Below, one piece after another: positions 26,423-34,583 of a stretch of DNA of 64,000 nt. The first letter of the stretch is position 1, and each line of letters begins with the position of its first letter. Both the position numbers and the translations under genes were made by a program. Location of the stretch: positions 5,865,299-5,929,298 of the forward strand of contig JBKAGP010000001.1 of the NCBI GenBank assembly GCA_046290465.1, written 5' to 3'. The DNA is from Planctomycetota bacterium. Lineage in GTDB: Bacteria; Planctomycetota; UBA1135; UBA2386. Below the pieces are notes generated by a model. The model had not been told where the DNA came from. It was given only the letters and a program-made list of their open reading frames with translations, and searched no databases.

Positions 26423-29185
26423 ATGCGTGCTCCGCTGCCCGTGCTGTCCTGCCTGCTGCTGTGCCTGCTGACCTGGCTGTCGGGGGCCGCCCCCCTGACG
26501 GCGCAGGTTCCCGACCCCACGCCGTCGACGCCGTTCGAGATGGCGCCGGGGGTCCGCTACGACCCGGCCATCCCGACGCTCGACGCGGTCACCGGCCACG
26601 CGTGGGGGACCGAGATCTCGGCGCACCGCGACGTCGAGGACTACATCCGTGCGCTGCAGCGGGCGGCGCCCGACCGGGTCGAGATCGTCGGCTACGGTGA
26701 GACCTGGCAGGGACGTTCGCTCTACTACGTCGTCGTCAGCAGCCGCGAGAACCACCGGCAGCTGCCCCGGATCCGGGCCGGCATGCAGCAGCTGGCCGAC
26801 CCGCGAACGGTCGAGCCCGACCAGGTCGACCGGCTGCTCTGCGATCTGCCGGCCGTTGGCTGGCTCGCCAACTGCGTGCACGGCGACGAGCCGTCGGGGA
26901 CCGACGCGGCGCTCTACGTGCTCTACCACCTGCTGGCGGCGCAGAACGATCCGATGGTCGAGCAGATCCTCGAACACTGCGTCGTGCTGGTCGACCCGCT
27001 GCAGAACCCGGACGGCCGCGACCGCTTCGTGTTCTACACGCGTGGGGCGCGCGGCCGCTGGGCGGACCCGACCCCGACCGCGGCCGAGCACAGCCAGCCG
27101 TGGCCGAGCGGTCGCACCAACCACGCGCTGTTCGACATGAACCGCGACTGGTTCGCGATGACGCAGCCGGAGACCGAGGGGCGGGTGCGCGCGTTCCTCG
27201 ACTGGTGGCCGTTGGTCTACGTCGACCTGCACGAGATGGGCGGCAACTCGACCTACTACTTCCCGCCGCCGGCGTCGCCGGTCAACGAGTCGATCACCGC
27301 CGAGCAGCGCGCGTGGCTGCGTCGCTACGGCAAGAACAACGCGCGCTGGTTCGACCGCTTCGGCTTCGACTACTTCACGCGCGAGGCCTACGACGCGTTC
27401 TATCCCGGCTACGGCGACAGCTGGCCGATGGCGCACGGCAGCATCGGCATGACGTTCGAGATGGCGAGCGCGCGCGGGCTGGTCTACCGGCGCACCGACG
27501 AGGGCCTGCTGCGCTACCGCGACGGCGTGCGGCGGCACTTCGTCGCGTCGATGGCGACGCTCGAGACGCTGGCCAACAACCGCCTCGAGGCGCAGCGCGC
27601 GTTCGTCGCGCACCGGCGCCGGGGCATGCAGCTCGGTCGCACCCACGACGTGTTCGAGTACGTGCTGCCGGCGCGTGGCGACCGCACGCGGCTGGCGCGG
27701 CTGGCCAACCTGCTGCTGCGGCAGGGCGTCGAGGTGCACCGGGCGACCACGCAGCTGGTCAGCTCCGCGGCGGTGCGCACCGGCGAACTGCCGCACGCGC
27801 GGCACACGTTCCCGGCGGGCTCGTTCGTGGTCCGCATGGCGCAGCCCGCCAGCACGCTGGCGCACCTGCTGCTGCAGCCGCACTTCGACATGGAGAGCGG
27901 GTTCCTGCGCGAGCAGCAGCTGCGCAAGGCGCGCCGGCAGCGCGGCCAGTTCTACGACCTGACGGCGTGGTCCCTGCCGCTGCTGTTCGGCGTCGAGTGC
28001 TTCGCGTCGGCCGGGCCGTGCACCGGCGAGGTCGAGCGTCTGCGCCCCGGCCAGGCGACGTCCGGTGCGCCGGCGCTGCGCGAGCGGCCGCCCGAGGTCG
28101 CCTACGTGGTGTCGTGGGGACAGAACGGCGCGGCCGCGATGCTGGTCGACCTGCTGCGCGCCGGCGCCAAGGTCAAGTGCATCGACCGACCGTTCACGCT
28201 CGCCGAACGGTCGTTCCCGGCCGGTTCGTTCGTGGTGCGCGTGCACGCGCAGCCCGAGGCGCTGCGCGCCGGCCTGCACGCTCAGATGCGGCAGCTGGCC
28301 CGAACGCACGGCGTGACCCCGATGTGTGCCGACAGTTCCTGGATCGAGGACGGGCCGAGCTTCGGGACGCGCGAAGGCCACCTGCTGCGCGCGCCGCGCG
28401 TCGCGATGGCCTGGGACGAGCCGGTCAACACCTACTCGGCCGGCTGGCTGCGCTACCTGCTCGAGCAGCGCTACGGCCTGCCGGTGACGGCGCTGCGCAC
28501 GCGCGACCTGACGCGCACCGACCTCGACCGGTTCACGGTGCTGGTGCTGCCCGAGGGCCGCTACCAGGGGGAGCTGCAGGGGGCCGGCTGCAAGGCGATC
28601 CAGGGCTTCGTGCGGCGCGGCGGCGTGCTGGTGACGCTCGGCTCGGCGACCCGCTGGCTGTCGGGCAAGGACGTCGGCCTGCTCGCGACCGGCGCCGAGC
28701 CGCGCGACCGGCCGAAGGGGCCGTCGAAGGAGGGCGGCGCCGAGAAGGGAGCGAAGCAGGGCGGCGAACGGCAGCGCGATGCCGAGGCTGCGTTCGACTA
28801 CGACGCCGCGGTGCGTCCCGACGAGGAGGCACCGCCGTCGACGCCGGGCGCGATCCTGCGCGTCACCGTCGACGACCGCCACTGGCTCGGCTTCGGCTAC
28901 GACGGCGAGGCCAGCGTCGTGCACGACAGCTCGCACATCCTGACGCCGATCAAGCTCGACCGCGGCACCAACGTGGTGCGCTACGCCGACGAACTGCTGC
29001 TGCTGCGCGCCGGCTTCCTGTGGGACGAGAACCGCAAGCAGCTGCCGGAGAAGGCCTACCTGGTGCACCAGCCGCACGGCCGTGGCCACGTGGTCGCGTT
29101 CGCCGAGGACCCCAACGTGCGGGCCTTCGCCGACGGCCTCAACCTGCTGCTGATGAACGCCGTGCTGCTGACCGCGGGCCGCTGA
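26423..29185 (+). CDS. Secreted M14-family zinc carboxypeptidase with a long C-terminal extension
   Basis: ORF 26414..29185 (GTG 26414 or ATG 26423). Signal LPVLSCLLLCLLTWLSGAAPLTAQ. Zinc motifs: NCVHGDEPSG (HxxE), DPLQNPDGRD and VYVDLHEMGG. Confidence 0.85.
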   Translation: MRAPLPVLSCLLLCLLTWLSGAAPLTAQVPDPTPSTPFEMAPGVRYDPAIPTLDAVTGHAWGTEISAHRDVEDYIRALQRAAPDRVEIVGYGETWQGRSLYYVVVSSRENHRQLPRIRAGMQQLADPRTVEPDQVDRLLCDLPAVGWLANCVHGDEPSGTDAALYVLYHLLAAQNDPMVEQILEHCVVLVDPLQNPDGRDRFVFYTRGARGRWADPTPTAAEHSQPWPSGRTNHALFDMNRDWFAMTQPETEGRVRAFLDWWPLVYVDLHEMGGNSTYYFPPPASPVNESITAEQRAWLRRYGKNNARWFDRFGFDYFTREAYDAFYPGYGDSWPMAHGSIGMTFEMASARGLVYRRTDEGLLRYRDGVRRHFVASMATLETLANNRLEAQRAFVAHRRRGMQLGRTHDVFEYVLPARGDRTRLARLANLLLRQGVEVHRATTQLVSSAAVRTGELPHARHTFPAGSFVVRMAQPASTLAHLLLQPHFDMESGFLREQQLRKARRQRGQFYDLTAWSLPLLFGVECFASAGPCTGEVERLRPGQATSGAPALRERPPEVAYVVSWGQNGAAAMLVDLLRAGAKVKCIDRPFTLAERSFPAGSFVVRVHAQPEALRAGLHAQMRQLARTHGVTPMCADSSWIEDGPSFGTREGHLLRAPRVAMAWDEPVNTYSAGWLRYLLEQRYGLPVTALRTRDLTRTDLDRFTVLVLPEGRYQGELQGAGCKAIQGFVRRGGVLVTLGSATRWLSGKDVGLLATGAEPRDRPKGPSKEGGAEKGAKQGGERQRDAEAAFDYDAAVRPDEEAPPSTPGAILRVTVDDRHWLGFGYDGEASVVHDSSHILTPIKLDRGTNVVRYADELLLLRAGFLWDENRKQLPEKAYLVHQPHGRGHVVAFAEDPNVRAFADGLNLLLMNAVLLTAGR

Positions 29186-30409
29186 TCAGCGCGTGCGGCG
29201 CGGCAGGTAGATCGAGTTGACGCGGCGGTAGGTGCCGAAGTTGGCCATCAGCGCGCTCAGCGCGTCGGCGTCGAAGTTGATCGTCGCGTAGTCGCTGGCG
29301 CCCTGCAGCGTCATGTTGCCGGTCACCACGACCGAGCCGTTGATCTCGCTCGGCGCGCGCATCGTGAAGTTGCCGTCGACGTAGAGCATGCCGCTGAACA
29401 GCGAGTTGTTGCCCGAGTTCATCGTCATGTTGCCGTTGACGACGATCAGCCCCGAGCCGGTCAGCGGCAGCGCCGAGTCGATGTTGAAGGTCGATCCGAG
29501 GTCGACGATGATCAGCGCGTTGTCCGGCACCGGGTTGGGGAAGTCCGCTTGGTTGGTGACGACCATGTCGGCCATCGACGACAGCTCGGCGAACGTCAGC
29601 CCGAACACGGCCTCGTAGCTGTCGTCGTAGGTCGTGCCGCCGGACAGCCCGGGCGTGCCGGTGACGCGGTTCTGGTTGCTCGGCCCGGTCGTCGGGGTAC
29701 CCGATCCCTGCGGGTAGTAGATGCCCGCCATGTCGCCGCCGACTACACGGCCATTGGTGTTGATGTGGCACGAGTTGCCGTCGGCCACGTTGATCGCCGC
29801 CTGGCCCGGCAGGTTGATCACCGCGCGCAGCACGTCGGTCTCGGTCATCTCGGTCGCCAGCACGACGTTCGGCTCGACGTTGAAGTCGACGTTCTCGTCG
29901 AAGCGGCGGTAGACGTAGCCGACGCTGCGCAGGCGCCACGCGGTGCCGGCGCTGCCGCCGGCCTTCGGCGCCGAGATGTCGTTGCACTCGAACTGCTGCC
30001 GCCACGCCAGGCGGTCGGGGTCCGGGTCGGCGTCCCACTCCTTCCAGACCTCGTAGCGGGCCCAGAGGTTGCCCGACACCTGGAAGTCGCGCACCAGGCC
30101 GATGTCGGGGTCGTCGGTGTCGAGCACCTGCGGGATTGCCACCGTGTCGAGCACCGGTTCGAAGGCGGTGACCGGTTGCGAGGTCTGCCGGCGCAGCCAG
30201 CTCAACCCCTCGGTCAGCCCCGAACGTGCCGCCATCACCGCCTGGTAGTTGGTGATGAACAAGGTCCGGTTCTGCGTGATCTGCGACTTCAGGGTCAGCG
30301 TGCCCGTGAGCACGATCCCGACCACGACCGTCGTGAACATCAGCGCGAAGATCAGGGCCGTACCGCTCTCGCCGTCGCGGTGGCCTTCCTGACGATGGTT
30401 GTCCTGCAT
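29186..30409 (-). CDS. PilX-like / pseudopilin-like membrane-anchored protein (orphan)
   Basis: ORF 29186..30517, start at MQDNHRQEGHRDGESGTALIFALMFTTVVVGIVLTG (30409), a PilX-N-like hydrophobic segment. The C-terminal repeats are GLIVVNGNMTMNSG, GMLYVDGNFTM and GSVVVTGNMTLQG. By-eye assignment only. Confidence 0.45.
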   Translation of the reverse strand: MQDNHRQEGHRDGESGTALIFALMFTTVVVGIVLTGTLTLKSQITQNRTLFITNYQAVMAARSGLTEGLSWLRRQTSQPVTAFEPVLDTVAIPQVLDTDDPDIGLVRDFQVSGNLWARYEVWKEWDADPDPDRLAWRQQFECNDISAPKAGGSAGTAWRLRSVGYVYRRFDENVDFNVEPNVVLATEMTETDVLRAVINLPGQAAINVADGNSCHINTNGRVVGGDMAGIYYPQGSGTPTTGPSNQNRVTGTPGLSGGTTYDDSYEAVFGLTFAELSSMADMVVTNQADFPNPVPDNALIIVDLGSTFNIDSALPLTGSGLIVVNGNMTMNSGNNSLFSGMLYVDGNFTMRAPSEINGSVVVTGNMTLQGASDYATINFDADALSALMANFGTYRRVNSIYLPRRTR

Positions 30410-30528
30410 ACAGACCTCAGCTGTGTCGGGCTTATCGACACCGGCGGGTCCGAGCTTGTGGGCGATCTCGTGACGGTACCGATTCGAGCCGCGTGCATCG
30501 CGGCGGCGAGCCGGCATGATGTGCGCGC

Positions 30529-31545
30529 GTGAGCCACGACGCCGACAGCACCGAACGGTCCACCGGGCACACCGCCGCGGCGCTGCTGTCGTTCGTGGTC
30601 GCCGTCGGCCTGCTCGGGGCCAAGTTCTGGGCCTATTGGCGGACCGGCTCGCAGGCGATCTTCGGCGACGCGCTCGAGTCGATCGTCAACGTGTTCGCGG
30701 CGCTGGTCGCGCTGAGCGTGCTGCGCTACGCCGTCCGGCCGGCCGACCGCGACCATCCCTACGGCCACGGCAAGATCGAGTTCTTCTCGGCGGCGTTCGA
30801 GGGCGGACTGATCTTCTGTGCGGCGCTGGTGATCCTGTGGCAGGCCGGCGATGCGTTCGTGCGCGGGGCGATGCCGCGCGAGCTCGACTTCGGCGTGCTG
30901 GTGACGTTCGTCGCCGGTCTGGTCAACGGCCTGCTCGGCCTGTTCCTGGTCCGCTACGGCACCCGCCACGGTTCGCCGGCGCTGGTCGCCGACGGCCAGC
31001 ACGTGCTGTCGGACTTCTGGACCAGCGTCGGCGTCGTGCTCGGCCTGATCGTCGTCAGGCTGACCGGGATCGCGTGGCTCGATCCGGCGATCGCCGCGGT
31101 GATGATGGTCTGGCTGCTGATCACCGGCTGGCGGATCGTCAGGCGCGCGATCGGCGGCCTGCTCGACGCCGAGGACCCCGAACTGCTGGCGACGGTCGTC
31201 GACGGCCTCAGCGATCGCTTCGGCGACGGCGTGATCCGGGTGCACCACCTGCGCGCGATCCGCGCCGGCAGCTTCGTGCACATCAGTGCGCACCTGGTGG
31301 TGCCGGAGTTCTGGAGCGTGCAGCGCGCGCACGACCTCGCCGAGGCGCTCGGCGAGCACGTCGCGACGACGCTGCCCCGCGACGCCGCGGTCGACTTCCA
31401 CACCGACCCGTGCGAACGCACGTGGTGCGCGATGTGCGACCTCGAGGAGTGCAGCGTGCGGCAGCAGCCGTTCGCGCGGCTCGAGCCGCTGACCGTCGAC
31501 GAGGCGGTGCGGCCGGACGACGCCGTGCACCTGAACGAACCGTAG
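30529..31545 (+). CDS. Cation diffusion facilitator (CDF) metal efflux transporter
   Basis: ORF 30529..31545 (GTG). Six TM helices, SQAIFGDALES, HPYGHGKIEFF, ADGQHVLSD and a C-terminal cytoplasmic domain. Confidence 0.9.
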   Translation: MSHDADSTERSTGHTAAALLSFVVAVGLLGAKFWAYWRTGSQAIFGDALESIVNVFAALVALSVLRYAVRPADRDHPYGHGKIEFFSAAFEGGLIFCAALVILWQAGDAFVRGAMPRELDFGVLVTFVAGLVNGLLGLFLVRYGTRHGSPALVADGQHVLSDFWTSVGVVLGLIVVRLTGIAWLDPAIAAVMMVWLLITGWRIVRRAIGGLLDAEDPELLATVVDGLSDRFGDGVIRVHHLRAIRAGSFVHISAHLVVPEFWSVQRAHDLAEALGEHVATTLPRDAAVDFHTDPCERTWCAMCDLEECSVRQQPFARLEPLTVDEAVRPDDAVHLNEP

Positions 31546-31582
31546 GGATCCGGCTCGGGTCGGCTACGGTGGGGCGGCCCCG

Positions 31583-31614
31583 CCCTGGTCGAATGGGGCC
31601 CTGGTCGAATGGGA
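31583..31614 (+). repeat. 16-bp tandem direct repeat (2 copies, 15/16 identical) upstream of the MoxR/VWA cluster
   Basis: CCCTGGTCGAATGGGG (31583..31598) followed by CCCTGGTCGAATGGGA (31599..31614), read directly. Confidence 0.9.
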
Positions 31615-31620
31615 TCGGGA

Positions 31621-31658
31621 CAAATAAAACCCGGTGGGCGCCGTCCTACGCGCCCACC
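31621..31658 (+). promoter_or_regulatory. AT-rich patch plus a 9-bp-stem hairpin abutting the first start codon of the cluster
   Basis: CAAATAAAAC (31621..31630) is a rare AT-rich island. GGTGGGCGC-CGTCCTAC-GCGCCCACC (31633..31658) ends 7 nt before ATG 31666. The function (leader structure, or terminator of the CDF gene) is unresolved. Confidence 0.3.
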
Positions 31659-31665
31659 CTCCGAC

Positions 31666-33570
31666 ATGCCCCTCACCGCACCGCAAGCCCTCGAACGCTT
31701 CCGCCGCCGACTGCGGGCCGCCGCGTTCGTCAAGGGCGCGGCGGTCGGGCTGTTCGCGGCGGCGGCGCTCTGCGCGGCCGCGCTGCTCGGCGCCCGGCTC
31801 GGCGAGGTGGCGCTGCCGACGTTCGCCAGCGGCTCTGCGCTGTGGGCGGCGGTCGCGGCCGTCGGCCTGCTCGCCGGTCTGCTGTCGCTGCCGGGCTCGC
31901 TGCTGGGCCCACGCGTCGACGACGACCTGGCGGTCGAGCACCTGGAGGCGCGGCTCGGCACCGACGGCCTGCTGCTGGCGGCGGTCGACGGCGTCGAACT
32001 CGAGCCAGCCTGGCGCGCGCGCCTCGAACGGCACCTCGAGCGGACCGACACAGCGCTGCCCGGCATCGCGTGGCGCAGCCTGTGGCTGCGGCCCTGCTGT
32101 GCGCTGCTGGTGCTCGGCGCGATGCAGCTGCTGCCGCCGATCGAACCGCCGCCGGCCCCGGTCGAGGCCGCCTCGATCCAGGTCCAACGGCTCGCCGAGC
32201 AGATCGAGCAGCTGGCACAGCGCACCCAGTTCGACGGCACGGCTGCCGCCGAGTTGCGCGAGCAGGTCGGCGACCTGCAGCGGCGCGTCGCGGCGGGCGA
32301 GACCGGCGTCTGGCGCGACCTCGACCAGCTGGCCGAACGCGTCGACCGCGAGCGCCGGCTGGCCGGCCTCGAGCCGCAGCCACCGGGCGGCGGTGCGGCG
32401 CGGGAGCAGGGCGGCGGCAGCGCCGCGACCAGCGGCGGCGAGCCCGAGGTCGGCGGTGCGGCGGCCGCGCCCGAGGCCGGAGCGCTCGCCAACGGCCTCG
32501 AGCAACTGGCGGCCGCCGATCCCGACCAGTTCGGCGAGCTGCTCGCCGGTCTGCCGGAGGGCCTGCAGGAACAGGTCGCCGCGGCGCTCGGTGCCGACGG
32601 CAACGTCGATCCCGAACGGCTGCCGGCCGACGAACAGGGCCGCGACCAGCTCGGCGCGGCGCTCGGCGAGGCGGCGAAGGCCGCGCTCGAAGGCCTCGAG
32701 CCGCAGCGCGCCGCCGAGATGGCGGACCAGCTCGCCGGCCTGGCGCAGGAGTTCCTCGGTGGCGATGGGGCCGTCGACACCCAGCAGCTCACCGACAAGG
32801 TCGCCGAGGCCGCGTCGCAGCTGACCGACCTCGGCCTGCTCGAGGCGATGCCGGAGTTCCTGCAGGAGGCGCTGTTGAAGGCGGCGATCGAGACCGGCCT
32901 GTCCGGGATCCAGGACGTCGACCTCGACAAGCTCAAGCAGCTGCTGCCTGACGATCTCAGCGAACTCGAGGACCTCGCACGCAAGGTGGCCGAGCTGGCC
33001 GAAGGTGCGAGCGGCGGCGAGCAGCCGTCCTCGCCGTCGCTGCCCGATCTGTCGAAGCTGGCGCCGGAGACGAAGCGGCAGCTCGCGGGTCTGGCCGAAG
33101 GACTGCGCGAGCAGTTCGGCGCGGGCGGGTCGCGTGGCGGCGGCAGTGGCGGCGACCAGCGTGGCGGCGACCAGCGTGGCGGCGAGCAGAGCGGCGGCAA
33201 CCAGGCCGTTGCCGGCGCGGCAGCCAGCAACGATCCCGGCGCGGCCGGTCCGGGACCGGGCGACGCCTCGGCGCTGGCCGGTGCGGCCGGCGGCCACGAT
33301 GCGCTGCGCATGACCGAGCAGACCGAGGGCGGCGGCGGAACGCGCGAGTTCGTGCTGCCCGGTCGCGATCCGGTGGAGGATCCGTTGCCCGGCGAGTGGA
33401 CGCCGGTCTCGGTCGAGAAGGCGGCCCCCGAGGTCGCGGCGGCAGAGCCCGCCGGGCCCGGCAGCGACGGCGCGACCGCGAAGGGCACGCCGACCTGGCA
33501 ACTGCGGTTGATGCCGCGGCACCGCGACGTGGTGCGACGGTTCTTCGCGGACAAGAAGAAGAAGCAATGA
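31666..33570 (+). CDS. Membrane protein with a long Ala/Glu/Gly-rich coiled or low-complexity periplasmic or cytoplasmic region; first gene of the MoxR/VWA cluster
   Basis: ORF 31609..33570 (ATG 31666 preferred; 31609 possible). Two or three N-terminal TM helices. C-terminal WQLRLMPRHRDVVRRFF. ATGA overlap with moxR. Confidence 0.65.
   Translation: MPLTAPQALERFRRRLRAAAFVKGAAVGLFAAAALCAAALLGARLGEVALPTFASGSALWAAVAAVGLLAGLLSLPGSLLGPRVDDDLAVEHLEARLGTDGLLLAAVDGVELEPAWRARLERHLERTDTALPGIAWRSLWLRPCCALLVLGAMQLLPPIEPPPAPVEAASIQVQRLAEQIEQLAQRTQFDGTAAAELREQVGDLQRRVAAGETGVWRDLDQLAERVDRERRLAGLEPQPPGGGAAREQGGGSAATSGGEPEVGGAAAAPEAGALANGLEQLAAADPDQFGELLAGLPEGLQEQVAAALGADGNVDPERLPADEQGRDQLGAALGEAAKAALEGLEPQRAAEMADQLAGLAQEFLGGDGAVDTQQLTDKVAEAASQLTDLGLLEAMPEFLQEALLKAAIETGLSGIQDVDLDKLKQLLPDDLSELEDLARKVAELAEGASGGEQPSSPSLPDLSKLAPETKRQLAGLAEGLREQFGAGGSRGGGSGGDQRGGDQRGGEQSGGNQAVAGAAASNDPGAAGPGPGDASALAGAAGGHDALRMTEQTEGGGGTREFVLPGRDPVEDPLPGEWTPVSVEKAAPEVAAAEPAGPGSDGATAKGTPTWQLRLMPRHRDVVRRFFADKKKKQ
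33147..33186 (+). repeat. 15-bp tandem repeat (about 2.7 copies) in the coding sequence
   Basis: TGGCGGCGACCAGCG occurs twice, then TGGCGGCGAG. It encodes GGDQRGGDQRGGEQ. Confidence 0.85.
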
Positions 33571-34583
33571 CGACGATGTTGACGGCCGAACAGGTCGGGC
33601 GCGGGCAGCAGCTGCTGTCGGCGATCCGCGACGGCGCGAACGCGGTGCTGCTCGGCCAGAACGACCTGGTCGAGCTGTGCCTGATCGCGCTGTGCGCGCG
33701 CGGACACCTGCTGCTCGAGGGCCAGCCGGGCCTCGGCAAGACCGAACTGGTCAAGGCGCTGGCGAGGCTCACCTCGCTGGACTTCAAGCGCCTGCAGTTC
33801 ACGCCGGACCTGCTGCCGAGCGACATCACCGGCGGGCCGATCCTGCAGGAGCACGGCGGCGAGCGCCGGCTGGTGTTCCGGCCGGGGCCGCTGTTCGCCA
33901 ACCTGGTGCTCGCCGACGAGATCAACCGCAGCTCGCCGAAGACGCAGTCGGCGCTGCTCGAGGGCATGCAGGAACGTTCGGTCACGGTGCTCGGCGAGAC
34001 CCACGCGCTGCCGCGGCCGTTCTTCGTGCTGGCGACGCAGAACCCGATCGAACTCGAGGGCACCTACCCGCTGCCGGAGGCGCAGCTCGACCGCTTCCTG
34101 TTCAAGGTCGAGGTGCCGCCGCTCGACGCCGACACGATGGCGACGATCCTGACCAGCCGCCGCCGCGGCGAGCCGCCCGCGGTCGACGCCGCGGTGGCGG
34201 CTGGCGAACTCGACGAACTGTTCGCGCTGGTCGACCAGGTGTTCCTGCCCAACGCGATCGCCAGCTACATCGCGCGGCTGGTCGCCGCGACCCACCCGGA
34301 CCGGGCTTCGGCGCCGGCGCACGTGCGCGAGGCGGTCCGCTACGGTGCGTCGCCCCGCGCGGCGATCGCGATCGGCGAGGCGGCGCGCGCTGCGGCACTG
34401 CTCGCCGGCCGGCCGAACGTCGACTTCCAAGACGTCGAGCGCGTCGCGGTCGCGGCGCTGGCGCACCGCCTGGTGCTGCAGCACAGCGCGGTGGTCTCCG
34501 GCACGACCGCGCGCGCGACCGTCGAACAGCTGCTGCAGGACGTGCCTGCCGTGGCGCGGCCGCTGCCGGAGGAAGTGCAGTGA
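33567..34583 (+). CDS. moxR: MoxR-family AAA+ ATPase
   Basis: Tail of ORF 33396..34583, ATG 33567. Walker A EGQPGLGKT, Walker B LVLADEINR, then ATQNPIELEGTYPLPEAQLDRF and RYGASPRA. Confidence 0.95.
   Translation: MTTMLTAEQVGRGQQLLSAIRDGANAVLLGQNDLVELCLIALCARGHLLLEGQPGLGKTELVKALARLTSLDFKRLQFTPDLLPSDITGGPILQEHGGERRLVFRPGPLFANLVLADEINRSSPKTQSALLEGMQERSVTVLGETHALPRPFFVLATQNPIELEGTYPLPEAQLDRFLFKVEVPPLDADTMATILTSRRRGEPPAVDAAVAAGELDELFALVDQVFLPNAIASYIARLVAATHPDRASAPAHVREAVRYGASPRAAIAIGEAARAAALLAGRPNVDFQDVERVAVAALAHRLVLQHSAVVSGTTARATVEQLLQDVPAVARPLPEEVQ

Noticed and set aside
24299-29089. 1596-aa minus-strand ORF. Similar very long ORFs in the track are 81..2126(+), 2283..5090(-), 5121..7256(-), 20742..24374(+), 30954..34604(-), 41216..44347(-), 44694..48350(-), 52954..56709(+) and 57235..60162(+).
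   Set aside because: Their translations are dominated by Arg/Ala/Gly/Pro/Asp runs with no recognisable motifs. Each lies antisense or out of frame to a gene with clear family signatures. Long stop-free shadow frames are expected at this GC content.
29183-29188. TGATCA palindrome formed by two abutting convergent stop codons, considered as a regulatory or restriction-related site.
   Set aside because: A single 6-bp palindrome is expected by chance. It is noted only under the PilX-like finding.
31572-31585. GGGCGG-CC-CCGCCC palindrome after the CDF gene as a terminator.
   Set aside because: A 2-nt loop is sterically implausible and there is no T-tract.
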